Made by a program: the position numbers and the translations under genes
Shown here: piece after piece, positions 44,718 to 54,308 of the stretch
Layout of the letters: each line of letters begins with the position of its first letter
Position numbering within the stretch: position 1 is the stretch's first letter
From: Bdellovibrionota bacterium
GTDB taxonomy: Bacteria; Bdellovibrionota; FAC87; UBA2466
Direction: 5' to 3'
DNA: 64,000 nt
Assembly (NCBI GenBank): GCA_041749855.1
Contig: JBGTAN010000026.1
Location: 24,472-88,471, forward strand
The notes under the pieces: generated by a model
Seen by the model: only the letters and a program-made list of their open reading frames with translations
The model's database searches: none
What the model was told of the DNA's origin: nothing

Positions 44718-46292
44718 ATGGCCAAGTTTTCTACCGCTCGATCGACTATCGCTTTCGCAGTAGGCGCAGGTGCATTGGCTCTCATGGGAGTGCTCTTTTT
44801 TTATCCGCTGGGAACCGTTTTACTCCGAGGCCTATCGGAAATCACGACGAGTGGTCTGTGGTCCGATCCCTACTATTTCCATGTCATTCGTTTCACTTAC
44901 TATCAGGCCTTTTGGAGCACGGTATTAGCTAGCCTGGTGGGGACGATCGGGGCTTTGATTTTCTCGGAAAGTGTCTCTCGCTGGAGTCGAGTGTGGACTG
45001 CTCTAAGCCTTATTCCCTTCTCCCTACCGACCATTCTTGTGGTTCTGGCTCTGCTGCGTTTTTGGGGGAGACAAGGTTGGGCTGGGGCGTTGTGGGACGA
45101 TTGGGCTGGCATTTACGGATGGCCCGGCATTCTGATAGCCCATGCGTTTTTCAACTTCCCCCTTTTCGTCCAGGGAGTCGGTTTGGCGTTGCGAGAAACC
45201 GATCGGACGCAAGAGCGAGTGGCACTTTCACTAGGCGCGTCCCGATTGACCTGCTGGCGCGAAATTACCTGGCCGTGCGTTCGCACTGCTTTTTGGAGTA
45301 GCTGTTTGCTTTGCTTCTTGTTCTGCGCTTCCAGCTTTCTTGTCGTGTTGTTATTGGGTGGGGGACCGCGATTCACCACACTCGAAGTGGCGATCTACCA
45401 AAGCTTGAAGTCAGATTTCGATTTGGCCCTAGCGGTTCGACTGGCACTGATTCAGGTCGGTGTAACCTGTGTTCTCTCTCTGTTTTTAGTGGGGCATCGG
45501 CCGACTGCAACTAGTCGGCAAGGACGGGCCCTAAGACTCTATACGCCGCGCAGTCCTCGGTTGAGATCGGCCTTGTCAGGTTTGTATTTTCTGCTGCTAC
45601 TGGTGTGGGTGGCTCTGCCACTTCTGCTGCTTCTTTTAGAGGGCATTGCGCAATGGCACCGCCTTTCGGTGAGTGGGTGGTACGCAATAAGAAGGAGTCT
45701 CCAGCTGGCTTTTGCGGTGGGCTTCTTGTCGACGTTCCTCGCACTGCTTATCGAATATTCCGCTCGCCACATAGAAGGGCGTTGGGTGCGGCGATTGGCC
45801 TCAGTCGCGGTGACACTTCCACTGGGGGTATCAACACTCCTTCTACTTTTGGGTTGGCGCTTAGCCCAACCGGGATGGACACAAACTTCCGTGGGGGCTT
45901 GGTGTGGGGTGGTCTTCGTTCAAACGGTGCTTTCACTTCCTATCGTGTACCGATGTGTTCAAGCGGGTTTTTCGCGAATTGCTGAACCTTGGTATGCGCA
46001 GGCCCGGAGTCTGGGTGCGAGCCCGTTTCGCATTTTTCGGTGGGTCGAACTACCACTCTTGCAGAGTTCCCTATCGCTGGGGTTTTTGCTCGGTGCTTCC
46101 ATCTCATTGGGAGAAGCCGGAGCGGTATTGCTGTTTCTGGATGAATCGACGATGAATCTCACGTTCCAGATTTACCAGAGCATGTCCCGCTATCGCTTTG
46201 ATGAAGCCGCTGGCTTGTCTGCTGTTCTGATTGTGCTCACGGGCCTTATCGCGTTGGCGATGCTTCGTTTGGAACGCAAGGTGGCACGGTGA
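44718..46292 (+). CDS. thiP: thiamine ABC transporter permease (duplicated permease domains)
   Basis: A 524-aa, 12-TM-like protein with two ABC permease halves, immediately downstream of thiB. Confidence 0.75.
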   Translation: MAKFSTARSTIAFAVGAGALALMGVLFFYPLGTVLLRGLSEITTSGLWSDPYYFHVIRFTYYQAFWSTVLASLVGTIGALIFSESVSRWSRVWTALSLIPFSLPTILVVLALLRFWGRQGWAGALWDDWAGIYGWPGILIAHAFFNFPLFVQGVGLALRETDRTQERVALSLGASRLTCWREITWPCVRTAFWSSCLLCFLFCASSFLVVLLLGGGPRFTTLEVAIYQSLKSDFDLALAVRLALIQVGVTCVLSLFLVGHRPTATSRQGRALRLYTPRSPRLRSALSGLYFLLLLVWVALPLLLLLLEGIAQWHRLSVSGWYAIRRSLQLAFAVGFLSTFLALLIEYSARHIEGRWVRRLASVAVTLPLGVSTLLLLLGWRLAQPGWTQTSVGAWCGVVFVQTVLSLPIVYRCVQAGFSRIAEPWYAQARSLGASPFRIFRWVELPLLQSSLSLGFLLGASISLGEAGAVLLFLDESTMNLTFQIYQSMSRYRFDEAAGLSAVLIVLTGLIALAMLRLERKVAR

Positions 46293-46978
46293 AGGGTCTG
46301 AGCGTTGAAAATCTGGTGGTGAGACGGGGCAGTTTTGTGGTCACGGTAGATAGGCTGGAAGTCCCCTCCGGGCAAGTCGTTGCGCTCGTCGGCAAAAGTG
46401 GTTCGGGAAAGTCTACGGTGCTGGAGTGTTTGGGCGGCTTTTTGCCCATGGAGCGCGGAAGTATCATCGTAGACGGTCGTACGCTCGAGAGCCAGCCTCC
46501 GGAGAAACGACGGATTGCTTTAGTGTTTCAGCGCAATGCGCTTTTTCCTCATCTGTCGGTAGGTGGAAACGTGGAGTTTGGTTTGCGGGTTCAGGGGATG
46601 GAAAAGAAAGCACGTCAAACGCTTGCGCGCGAGTGGCTGGGAAAAGTGGGGTTGCAGGGAATGGAAGATCGGCCGATTTCCGCAATCTCTGAAGGACAAG
46701 CGCAACGGGTGGCACTGGCTCGTGCTCTCGCCGTGGGTTTTCCCCTATTGTTGCTGGACGAACCTTTTTCAGCACTCGACGCCGATTCACGAAAGTCTGC
46801 CGGTGAGTTGCTCCGCAATCTGGTAGACGAGACTAAAGTAGCCGCCCTTTTTGTGTCCCACCATCGTGAAGATGTCTTGCAGGTGGCAGACCGCGTGGTT
46901 ATGCAGGACTCAGGGAAGCTCGTCTGGAGCGGATCGGTGAAACAGTGGGGCGAGACGTCGGGCTCCCCGCAGGCGTGA
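46289..46978 (+). CDS. thiQ: thiamine ABC transporter ATP-binding protein
   Basis: Walker A GKSGSGKST, signature SEGQAQRV, and Walker B LLLLDEP. Its start overlaps the thiP stop. Confidence 0.8.
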   Translation: MKGLSVENLVVRRGSFVVTVDRLEVPSGQVVALVGKSGSGKSTVLECLGGFLPMERGSIIVDGRTLESQPPEKRRIALVFQRNALFPHLSVGGNVEFGLRVQGMEKKARQTLAREWLGKVGLQGMEDRPISAISEGQAQRVALARALAVGFPLLLLDEPFSALDADSRKSAGELLRNLVDETKVAALFVSHHREDVLQVADRVVMQDSGKLVWSGSVKQWGETSGSPQA

Positions 46979-47885
46979 GCGGTACGGCTCTATCAATTTC
47001 CCAATGCGTGGGAAAATCTCGCAGTGCTTTTAGCAGCGCCAAATGCATGGAGTGGCCACCCCGGAAACTGACCATTTCACCTTCAATCCAGCACCCAATC
47101 AGCGCCAAGTCCCCGATAGCATCCAGCAGCTTGTGTCGGACACATTCATCGGGGAAGCGAGCCCCTTCTGCGTTCACGATGCCCTCGTCGGAAAAGGCGA
47201 GGACATTTTCTACCGACGCGCCGAGCGCGAGGTTGTTGGCTCGAAGGCGTTCCACGTCTTTGAGAAAGCCGAAGGTGCGCGCACTGCAGACTTCCTCAAT
47301 GAAAGCGCCCGGCGTGACTTCCAAAGCAAAAGTTTGAAGTCCGATGGAAGGATGCGGAAAATCCACGGAGGTGGTCAGGCGAAGGCGTTCTCGCGGAAGC
47401 AGTTCGCAAATGACCCCATCCTTAAAAACTTTGACTGGCTTGAGAATCCGCAAGATGGGATTTGAAAAGGGCTGAAAATCGATGCCGACGCTCAAGATGC
47501 CTTCAATAAAGGGATTCGCGCTTCCATCGAGAATGGGAATTTCCGGCCCGTGCACGACCGCTCGAACATTGGTGATGCCCAGCGCATAGAGTGCAGACAT
47601 CAAGTGCTCTACGGTGCTCACGCGCGCTTCGGGCTGGTCCTTCATTCCCAAAGTGGTCGCCATAGAGGTGGCAACCACCGCGTCGCAATCCGCAAAAATC
47701 CGGACCGACTCATGAAGGTCAGGGCGTTCAAAAACGATCCCGTAATTTGGCTCGGCGGGGAGGAGCTCCAACCGTACTTTGAGGCCCGTGTGCAGACCAA
47801 TGCCTTCCCATTCCACGCGACTCTTAATCGACTTCTGGATGCGGTAGGCTTGCGTTGACGAGAAATAGTCTTCCATGGACCTCAT
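46899..47885 (-). CDS. lpxC: UDP-3-O-acyl-N-acetylglucosamine deacetylase
   Basis: GIGLHTG near the N-terminus, the HKLLDAIGDL motif, and overall LpxC layout. The C-terminal Pro/Ser-rich tail overlaps the thiQ 3-prime end. Confidence 0.9.
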   Translation of the reverse strand: MRSMEDYFSSTQAYRIQKSIKSRVEWEGIGLHTGLKVRLELLPAEPNYGIVFERPDLHESVRIFADCDAVVATSMATTLGMKDQPEARVSTVEHLMSALYALGITNVRAVVHGPEIPILDGSANPFIEGILSVGIDFQPFSNPILRILKPVKVFKDGVICELLPRERLRLTTSVDFPHPSIGLQTFALEVTPGAFIEEVCSARTFGFLKDVERLRANNLALGASVENVLAFSDEGIVNAEGARFPDECVRHKLLDAIGDLALIGCWIEGEMVSFRGGHSMHLALLKALRDFPTHWEIDRAVPLTPAGSPTSRPTVSPIRSRRASLSPA

Positions 47886-48078
47886 TGCTTAAGCAATTGG
47901 TGTACCAGAGGCTGGTGATTCCGAAAAGCCCGTCCATCGGGCATCTCCGAGTGACTCGGAGCATTGGAGAGGGTGGTAAAAACAACACTGGGTCGTCGGG
48001 ACTGTGGGGATTGAAACACAGCTAAGGTCGGTGCTCGTGCCTTTTCAAGAGGCCCTGGGTTGGTTAGGATGACCCCTC

Positions 48079-48966
48079 ATGCAAAAGGTAAGAAAAGTCG
48101 TTATTCCCGCAGCCGGACTTGGAACCCGCGGGTTGCCCTTCACTAAAGAAGTACCCAAGGAACTGATTCCCATCATCGATACGCCGGCGCTTCATTATAT
48201 CGTAGAAGAGGCCGTGAATGCCGGTATCGAACAAGTGATCTTTGTAACGAGCAAGGGCAAATCGGCCATGGAGGATTACTTTGATCCCTCGCCAGCGCTG
48301 GAGGCTTGGCTTGAGAAAAAAGGGAAACTCGAGCTGCTTGAGAAAGTTCGCAAGATTGGAAAAATGGTCGACGTCTTGAGCGTGCGTCAGAAGGAGCCGC
48401 TTGGGCTTGGCCATGCAGTGCTTTGCGCCCGATCGTTTATCGGCAACGAACCCTTTGCAGTTTGTCTGGGTGATGAAATTTTCGCTCCCTGGGGCGGCCC
48501 GAAGAAAGCGGGCTTGGTCCGACTCGCAGAAGCGGCGGTCCAGCTGGAGTCCTCAGTGATTGGAGTGATGCATGTGCCCAGAGAAGAGACGAAGTCCTAC
48601 GGTATAGTGGATCTTGAGAACGCTAAACCGGGCACCCAAGCGGTGAAGGTAAAGGGTACCGTCGAAAAGCCCCTGCCTGCCGATGCCCCGAGTGAGTACG
48701 CCATTATCGGCAGGTATGTGTTTCAACCCGAGATAATGGATGCTTTGGCGGATGTGAAGCCAGGCGTGAGTGGCGAGATTCAACTGACCGATGCGATGGA
48801 TAGGCTTGCAGCCAAAGGCGGCCTTCACGCGATGGTGATGGACGATAACCGGTATGATGTGGGTAATCCCTTGTACTATGTCCTGGCCCAGGTGGATGCC
48901 GCGCTGGAGAGACCGGAGCTTGCAGAGCGGTTGTTACCTTTACTCAAGAAAAGGTTGGGAATGTAA
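48079..48966 (+). CDS. galU: UTP--glucose-1-phosphate uridylyltransferase
   Basis: VIPAAGLGTRGLPFTKEVPKELIPI and the remaining GalU layout. Confidence 0.9.
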   Translation: MQKVRKVVIPAAGLGTRGLPFTKEVPKELIPIIDTPALHYIVEEAVNAGIEQVIFVTSKGKSAMEDYFDPSPALEAWLEKKGKLELLEKVRKIGKMVDVLSVRQKEPLGLGHAVLCARSFIGNEPFAVCLGDEIFAPWGGPKKAGLVRLAEAAVQLESSVIGVMHVPREETKSYGIVDLENAKPGTQAVKVKGTVEKPLPADAPSEYAIIGRYVFQPEIMDALADVKPGVSGEIQLTDAMDRLAAKGGLHAMVMDDNRYDVGNPLYYVLAQVDAALERPELAERLLPLLKKRLGM

Positions 48967-49821
48967 ATGAAGAAACTACTTCTCACCATGGGCCTCATGG
49001 GTGGCCTGCTTGCCCTACCTGCGAATGCTTTTGTTCCGCCTGTTTCTGAGTTGCTGCAAGATGTTTTTGCGGGGCGCAAAGCGGGAGAGGGGTTGGAGCT
49101 CGTTTTCCGACACTTGGTGCAAGTCAGAGAAGGGACTTTCGTAGAAGTGGTTGAGACCTTTACCGGTAATCGGCAAGGCGGGGTTATTCAGTGGCAGATT
49201 CCCGGGCAAGCCCCCGTCTATTCTGAGTGGAATACCCGCGAGTATAATTTCAAAGGCGGTAAATCCATTCCCTCTCGGACCAGCGCCTTCATCGATTACT
49301 TTTTGGATCAGGGTAGCAACGAGTATTTAGATAGGTTGCTACGAGAGCGTTTCATTCGGCGTGATCAGCTCATTCAGTTTAAACCCGGTTACAAACCAGA
49401 GGGGGATCCCAAAACTTGGGAGACCAAAGACAGCTATCTTCATCACGACGATATCTATCTATCGAAAGTGGGCAATGAGTTTACGGTTGCGGTGGTCGGC
49501 ATGAAAGAGGGCGAGCAAAAACGGGCTTTCTATGTCAATCGTCAGGGGCGTGGCATTGCACGTATCGAATGGGGCGTGGGAACTGAAAAAGCGCTTTGGG
49601 ATTTTTCGGCGTTCCAATCGGCAGGGTCCGCAGGACGCTTGCCACGGGTTTTCTCCCTCACGATTAATGGACTCGAGCGCGTTAAGTCCACGGTGGCAAG
49701 CGCGCAAGTGTTGAAGCGCGATCAGCTGGCAACGGCGCGCGCAGCAGCCAAACAGCCTTCTTCCACTGCGCCGAGTGACGCCCTAGAAGAAGCCGTTCGC
49801 CTGATTGTTCGTTACCGATGA
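48967..49821 (+). CDS. secreted hypothetical protein
   Basis: Signal peptide MKKLLLTMGLMGGLLALPANA. It is tightly packed between galU and priA. No family was recognised. Confidence 0.6.
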   Translation: MKKLLLTMGLMGGLLALPANAFVPPVSELLQDVFAGRKAGEGLELVFRHLVQVREGTFVEVVETFTGNRQGGVIQWQIPGQAPVYSEWNTREYNFKGGKSIPSRTSAFIDYFLDQGSNEYLDRLLRERFIRRDQLIQFKPGYKPEGDPKTWETKDSYLHHDDIYLSKVGNEFTVAVVGMKEGEQKRAFYVNRQGRGIARIEWGVGTEKALWDFSAFQSAGSAGRLPRVFSLTINGLERVKSTVASAQVLKRDQLATARAAAKQPSSTAPSDALEEAVRLIVRYR

Positions 49822-51839
49822 ACGAGATGCCGACGCCTTCAGGGCTGGTCGAACTGGCCATTCCTCTTCGAGTTGAGGGAAGTTTTCACTACCTTTTTGA
49901 TCCGACGGCGGACCTACAAGTGGGCAGTGTCGTTGAAGTCAGTTTCAACCGTCGACCCACCCACGCTTTCGTTCTGGGTTTTCCCGAGTCGAGCGACATA
50001 GCGGAACATAAGCTCAAGCCCATTCAAACTGTGCTGGCCAAAGATCCCCTCTTTGATCCGGCGATGCTGAAGTTTCTCCGCTGGGTTGCCGAGTACTACT
50101 GCCATCCGTTGGGTGAAGTGCTCTCAGCTGCGATTCCGAAACAGCTTTGCATCGCGCCGTTGGAGAAAAAAGAAAAAGCGATTAACGCTAAGCCGTTGAA
50201 GTTCGTTGTCTCCGCTACGACCGATATTCCCGATCTCACGGCGGAACAATCGGCCGTGCTTGCTGAAATTGAAGCGGAGAACGAGAAGCCGGTCCTACTC
50301 CATGGGGTGACGGGGAGTGGAAAGACCGAAGTATACATCCGCGTTTTGGAGAGATTCGCTGCGCAAGGCAAAAGCGGGCTGATACTCGTTCCGGAGATCG
50401 CACTCACCCCTCAATTGCTTGGACGATTTGATTCCCGCTTTCCTGGAAAGGTGGCTGTGCTTCACAGCGATCTCACTCCCAAGGAGCGGATGGGACAATG
50501 GGAGCGTATCCGTCGAGGGCTGGCGACGGTCGTGATTGGTGCGCGTTCTGCGGTTTTTGCGCCCCTACAGAATTTGGGATTGATCGTTGTCGATGAAGAA
50601 CATGAAACTTCGTTCAAACAAGAAGACTCGCTTCGTTACCACGCGCGCGATGTGGCTGTGGTCCGAGGGCGTTTTAGTGGGGCAAAAGTCCTTCTAGGAT
50701 CTGCGACGCCTTCCCTGGAAAGCATTTCAAATGTCCGAAGTGGGCGCTACCGTCTTTGCCGCTTAAGCAAGCGAGTGATGGAACGCCCCATGCCGAAGGT
50801 CACGCTCGTGGACTTGCGTGACAAGCAAGAGTGGCATGCGCCAGAAACACCCTGGTTGAGCCGTCGCTTGGTGGGGCGAATTCGAGAAACCTTGGATAAG
50901 AAGCAGCAAGCGATGCTGTACTTGAATCGACTGGGATATGCACATTTCCTGTTCTGTCAGGACTGCGGTCACACCTGGAAATGCCGGCAGTGCGATGTCA
51001 GTCTTACCTACTACCGGCATCCGCCATCGCTTCAGTGCCACTATTGCGGCTCGGATCATAGTGTTCCCTCCAGTTGCGAGGCCTGCGCCGGCGCGAATTT
51101 GACGACGATGGGAGTGGGCACTGAGCAGGTGGAGAAAACGCTTCAGGGGATATTGCCCACTGCTCGTATTGCTCGGATGGACCGCAGCGTGATTAAGACA
51201 CGTAAGGATTTGGAAAGCATTCTTACGACAGTTGCCAATCGCGAAGTCGACGTCATCATCGGCACGCAGATGTTGGCCAAGGGACACGACTTTCCCGGTA
51301 TTTCGCTCGTCGGCATTCTGATGGCAGATGCTACTTTGAATATGCCTGACTTCCGTGCGGCGGAGCGGACTTTTCAAATTATTACCCAGGTTTCTGGTCG
51401 GGCAGGGCGCGGCGAAATTGCGGGTGAAGTCATTCTACAAAGTCTCAACCCCGACGCGCCGATTCTCCATCAGGCCATGGCGGGAGAGTATGAAAATTTT
51501 TACACAGAGGAATTGAAAGCGCGTGCCGCACTGGGGTTTCCTCCTTCAAAGCGCATGGCGATGTTGCGCTTTCAGCACAAGAATCAAGCGCGCGTGCAGG
51601 AAGTGGCAGATCGCGTCGTGCAGTTTCTGGTGTCTCGTGCGCTTCCGGGAGTGCAGATTTTAGGCCCCGCTGAAGCACCGCTTGCTAGAATCAAGAACTT
51701 CTATCGCTGGCATTGTTTGGCCAAATGCGATTCCGTTCGGCAAATGCAGACTCTAATTCATATGGCGATCGAGTATTCCGATCACCTAAAATCCGGCGTT
51801 CAAATGGCGGTCGACGTCGATCCCGTCAGCACGCTTTAG
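49818..51839 (+). CDS. priA: primosomal protein N-prime (replication restart helicase)
   Basis: Walker A GVTGSGKTE, DEEHE, and the Cys-rich zinc-binding insert CQDCGH..CRQCD...CHYCG...CEAC. Confidence 0.9.
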   Translation: MNEMPTPSGLVELAIPLRVEGSFHYLFDPTADLQVGSVVEVSFNRRPTHAFVLGFPESSDIAEHKLKPIQTVLAKDPLFDPAMLKFLRWVAEYYCHPLGEVLSAAIPKQLCIAPLEKKEKAINAKPLKFVVSATTDIPDLTAEQSAVLAEIEAENEKPVLLHGVTGSGKTEVYIRVLERFAAQGKSGLILVPEIALTPQLLGRFDSRFPGKVAVLHSDLTPKERMGQWERIRRGLATVVIGARSAVFAPLQNLGLIVVDEEHETSFKQEDSLRYHARDVAVVRGRFSGAKVLLGSATPSLESISNVRSGRYRLCRLSKRVMERPMPKVTLVDLRDKQEWHAPETPWLSRRLVGRIRETLDKKQQAMLYLNRLGYAHFLFCQDCGHTWKCRQCDVSLTYYRHPPSLQCHYCGSDHSVPSSCEACAGANLTTMGVGTEQVEKTLQGILPTARIARMDRSVIKTRKDLESILTTVANREVDVIIGTQMLAKGHDFPGISLVGILMADATLNMPDFRAAERTFQIITQVSGRAGRGEIAGEVILQSLNPDAPILHQAMAGEYENFYTEELKARAALGFPPSKRMAMLRFQHKNQARVQEVADRVVQFLVSRALPGVQILGPAEAPLARIKNFYRWHCLAKCDSVRQMQTLIHMAIEYSDHLKSGVQMAVDVDPVSTL

Positions 51840-51841
51840 GG

Positions 51842-51857
51842 CTCTCCGCGCGGAGAG
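51842..51857. repeat. 16-nt palindrome CTCTCCGCGCGGAGAG (left flank of HNH gene 2)
   Basis: Read directly. It starts 3 nt after the priA stop codon and is identical to 4282-4297. Confidence 0.85.
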
Positions 51858-51928
51858 TTCATCTCGAAAATGCAGAACCGACTCAATTCTTGTTGCCAAA
51901 CCTAACAAGGATACATAGGTATGTATCT

Positions 51929-52795
51929 ATGAAAACCGAAGCACTTCATCAGAGGGCACTGACCGTCGTCAAAAGCTATCGCGCTGCTGAAGGGGCGCTT
52001 GTAAGCATCCTTCAAGAAATAGATCGCGATCATAGGTATCGAGAGTTGGGCTACCCAAGTCTATTTGTTTATGCGACGGGCGGACTGGGAATGATCGACG
52101 CAGAAGCATACCGTTTTATTACCGTTGCTAGAAAGTCAGTGGAGATTCCACTTCTGAAGGATGCTATCGACCAAGGGAGTCTGAATGTCTCGAAGGCATC
52201 GCGAATTGCTTCCGTAATTGTCCCTGCAAATCAGGAGCAATGGCTTGAGGCCGCGACGACCCTTCCGTATCGAGAGTTGGAAAAGGCTGTTGCCGCTGCT
52301 CATCCAGATGTGGAAGTGCGTGAACGCGTGCGCCCTATTTCTGGGGATCGTTCGGAGCTGCGGTGTGGTCTAAGTAGCACACTGGAAGCAAAGATTCAGC
52401 GGGCTCGAGATGTGCTCTCTCAAAAACGTCGCGGCAACTGTTCCTTGGAAGATGTTATCGATGTAGCCATTTCCCTTTTTCTCGAAAAGCAGGATCCAGT
52501 TCGGAAGGCCACCCGAGCTACTGAGTCGAAGTTTCCAAGTCGCCCCATTAACTTAGCAAGTCGCAACTCGGACGGGAGCAGGCGGGCGTTACCTGCAGCT
52601 GTAGCACATCAGGTGGTTTTGAGAGATCGGGGCCGTTGTACTTATGTAGGTTTGACCGGGGTGAGATGTTGCTCTGAAAGATGGATCGAGAAACACCACA
52701 TTCAGCAGGTGGCTAAGGGAGGCAATCATTCCGACCGCAACCTCGCCACCCTATGCTTCGCTCATCATCAGCTTATTCATGAAAAGACTGGATGA
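51929..52795 (+). CDS. HNH endonuclease with DUF222-like N-terminal region
   Basis: C-terminal motif IEKHHIQQVAKGGNHSDRNLATLCFAHHQ. The N-terminal region SILQEIDRDHRYRELGYPSLFVYATGGLGMIDAEAYRFITVARK is arranged as in the 35403 paralog. The start is ATG 51929. Confidence 0.75.
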   Translation: MKTEALHQRALTVVKSYRAAEGALVSILQEIDRDHRYRELGYPSLFVYATGGLGMIDAEAYRFITVARKSVEIPLLKDAIDQGSLNVSKASRIASVIVPANQEQWLEAATTLPYRELEKAVAAAHPDVEVRERVRPISGDRSELRCGLSSTLEAKIQRARDVLSQKRRGNCSLEDVIDVAISLFLEKQDPVRKATRATESKFPSRPINLASRNSDGSRRALPAAVAHQVVLRDRGRCTYVGLTGVRCCSERWIEKHHIQQVAKGGNHSDRNLATLCFAHHQLIHEKTG

Positions 52796-52811
52796 CTCTC
52801 CCCGCGGAGCG
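52796..52811. repeat. degenerate palindrome copy CTCTCCCCGCGGAGCG (right flank of HNH gene 2)
   Basis: Read directly. It begins at the nucleotide after the HNH stop codon and matches 13 of 16 positions of the left copy. Confidence 0.5.
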
Positions 52812-52817
52812 TCGACG

Positions 52818-53468
52818 TTAGGTCACGAAACCGATGAGGGCGCGGAAGAGATAGCCGACCGGTGCGCCGATCATTTGCAGTCCGCCCGTGAAAAGCAAGA
52901 GAAGCAGAATGAATCCAGCATAAGGCGTGATCTTGTACGCTTGATTCGCCCACTTCAGGGGCAAGACGGCTTGAATCACCATGAAGCCATCGAGTGGCGG
53001 CAGGGGCAAAAGGTTGAAAAGCGCTAGGAACAGGTTCACTTGGATTGTAATGACCGTCAGAATCTGCGCGGCTTCATTCACCGTGTAGCCCTCAAACTCT
53101 GGCAACGGCATTCGGACGATAGCACCCAGGACAAGCGCTGCGACGCCGGCGATGAGTAAGTTAGCAGCCGGTCCTGCTGCCGCAACCGCAGCCATCCCCC
53201 AGCGCTCATTCTTAAAATAGCGAGCATCGATAGGGACGGGCTTGGCCCATCCGAAGAAGGGTAAGCCGTAGAAAATACAGACACTCGGGATAATGAGAGT
53301 GCCCATCGTGTCCGCGTGAGCGAGCGGGTGCAAACTTAAGCGGCCTAGTGACCCAGGGGTGGGATCTCCCAAACGCGTGGCTACCCAAGCGTGCGCGTAT
53401 TCATGGAGGCAGAGTGAGAATAGAAAAACGGGCACCAGAACTAGGACACCCATGAGGCCATGCGTCAT
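52818..53468 (-). CDS. site-2 protease family (M50) membrane metalloprotease
   Basis: HEYAHAW (HExxH) within the first TM region. It is a polytopic membrane protein of 216 aa. Confidence 0.8.
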   Translation of the reverse strand: MTHGLMGVLVLVPVFLFSLCLHEYAHAWVATRLGDPTPGSLGRLSLHPLAHADTMGTLIIPSVCIFYGLPFFGWAKPVPIDARYFKNERWGMAAVAAAGPAANLLIAGVAALVLGAIVRMPLPEFEGYTVNEAAQILTVITIQVNLFLALFNLLPLPPLDGFMVIQAVLPLKWANQAYKITPYAGFILLLLLFTGGLQMIGAPVGYLFRALIGFVT

Positions 53469-53573
53469 GCGAGAAGCCTAGCAAACCGCGCGGGGGCTGT
53501 CGTGGTTGAAGAAACCGGGAGCCCATGTGAAAATGAATAGGTAGATTTCCCACCCCACTTCCAAGGACCGGTC

Positions 53574-54308
53574 ATGCGACAACGCGTTGCGCTACTCGCG
53601 CTGTTACTTCTGCAAACATTCTGCGTGTCGGCTTGGTCGGATGACGACGGGCCCGAGATTGGTGGCTCTCAGAATAAGTACGAAAAGGAAATTCAAGCAG
53701 TCGTTCGCAATAAGCGCTTTTACAAATCTGGCAAAGTGGAACTGGCGATTTCCGCAGGCTTGCTCCCTTACGATTCTCTCTTTGACCACTATTTGCTCGG
53801 CGGTCGACTCGCGTGGCACATCAGCGATCACTACGGCTGGGAGATAGTAGATTTTCAGAAACCGTTCGGTTCCGTCACCAGCTTCACCACGAGCTTGGCG
53901 AGCAATCCCACAAAGAACATTGCGGTGTTGCAGGCCCTCCAACTGAACAACATGGTGGGAACCTCGTTCTTAGCTTCGCCGTTCTACGGAAAGATTCGCT
54001 TCTTTGGTGCGCAGGTTGTCTATCTCGATGTCTACCTGGCTCTGGGCTTGGGGATGGTGAACACGACGACCCACGAGTACAACCACACAGCATCGTCTAC
54101 GACGTTTTCTCAAACGGTCGCCGCAACGGGCTGGGATCTGTCCCTGAACTATGGCGTGGGTTTCAAGTTCTTCCTGGGTAATGCGTTCTCGCTTTACTTC
54201 GATATGCGCAACTACATGAGCAACTCGGTGATGTACGGCAATCGCGCTCTGCGAAGCAACTTCACCGTGACAGGCGGCTTCTCCTTCTTCCTGCCAAACT
54301 TCGGTTGA
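53574..54308 (+). CDS. outer-membrane beta-barrel domain protein
   Basis: Signal peptide, alternating strands, and a C-terminal ...GGFSFFLPNFG. It resembles the small barrel family shared by myxobacteria and Bdellovibrio; this family assignment is from memory only. Confidence 0.55.
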   Translation: MRQRVALLALLLLQTFCVSAWSDDDGPEIGGSQNKYEKEIQAVVRNKRFYKSGKVELAISAGLLPYDSLFDHYLLGGRLAWHISDHYGWEIVDFQKPFGSVTSFTTSLASNPTKNIAVLQALQLNNMVGTSFLASPFYGKIRFFGAQVVYLDVYLALGLGMVNTTTHEYNHTASSTTFSQTVAATGWDLSLNYGVGFKFFLGNAFSLYFDMRNYMSNSVMYGNRALRSNFTVTGGFSFFLPNFG

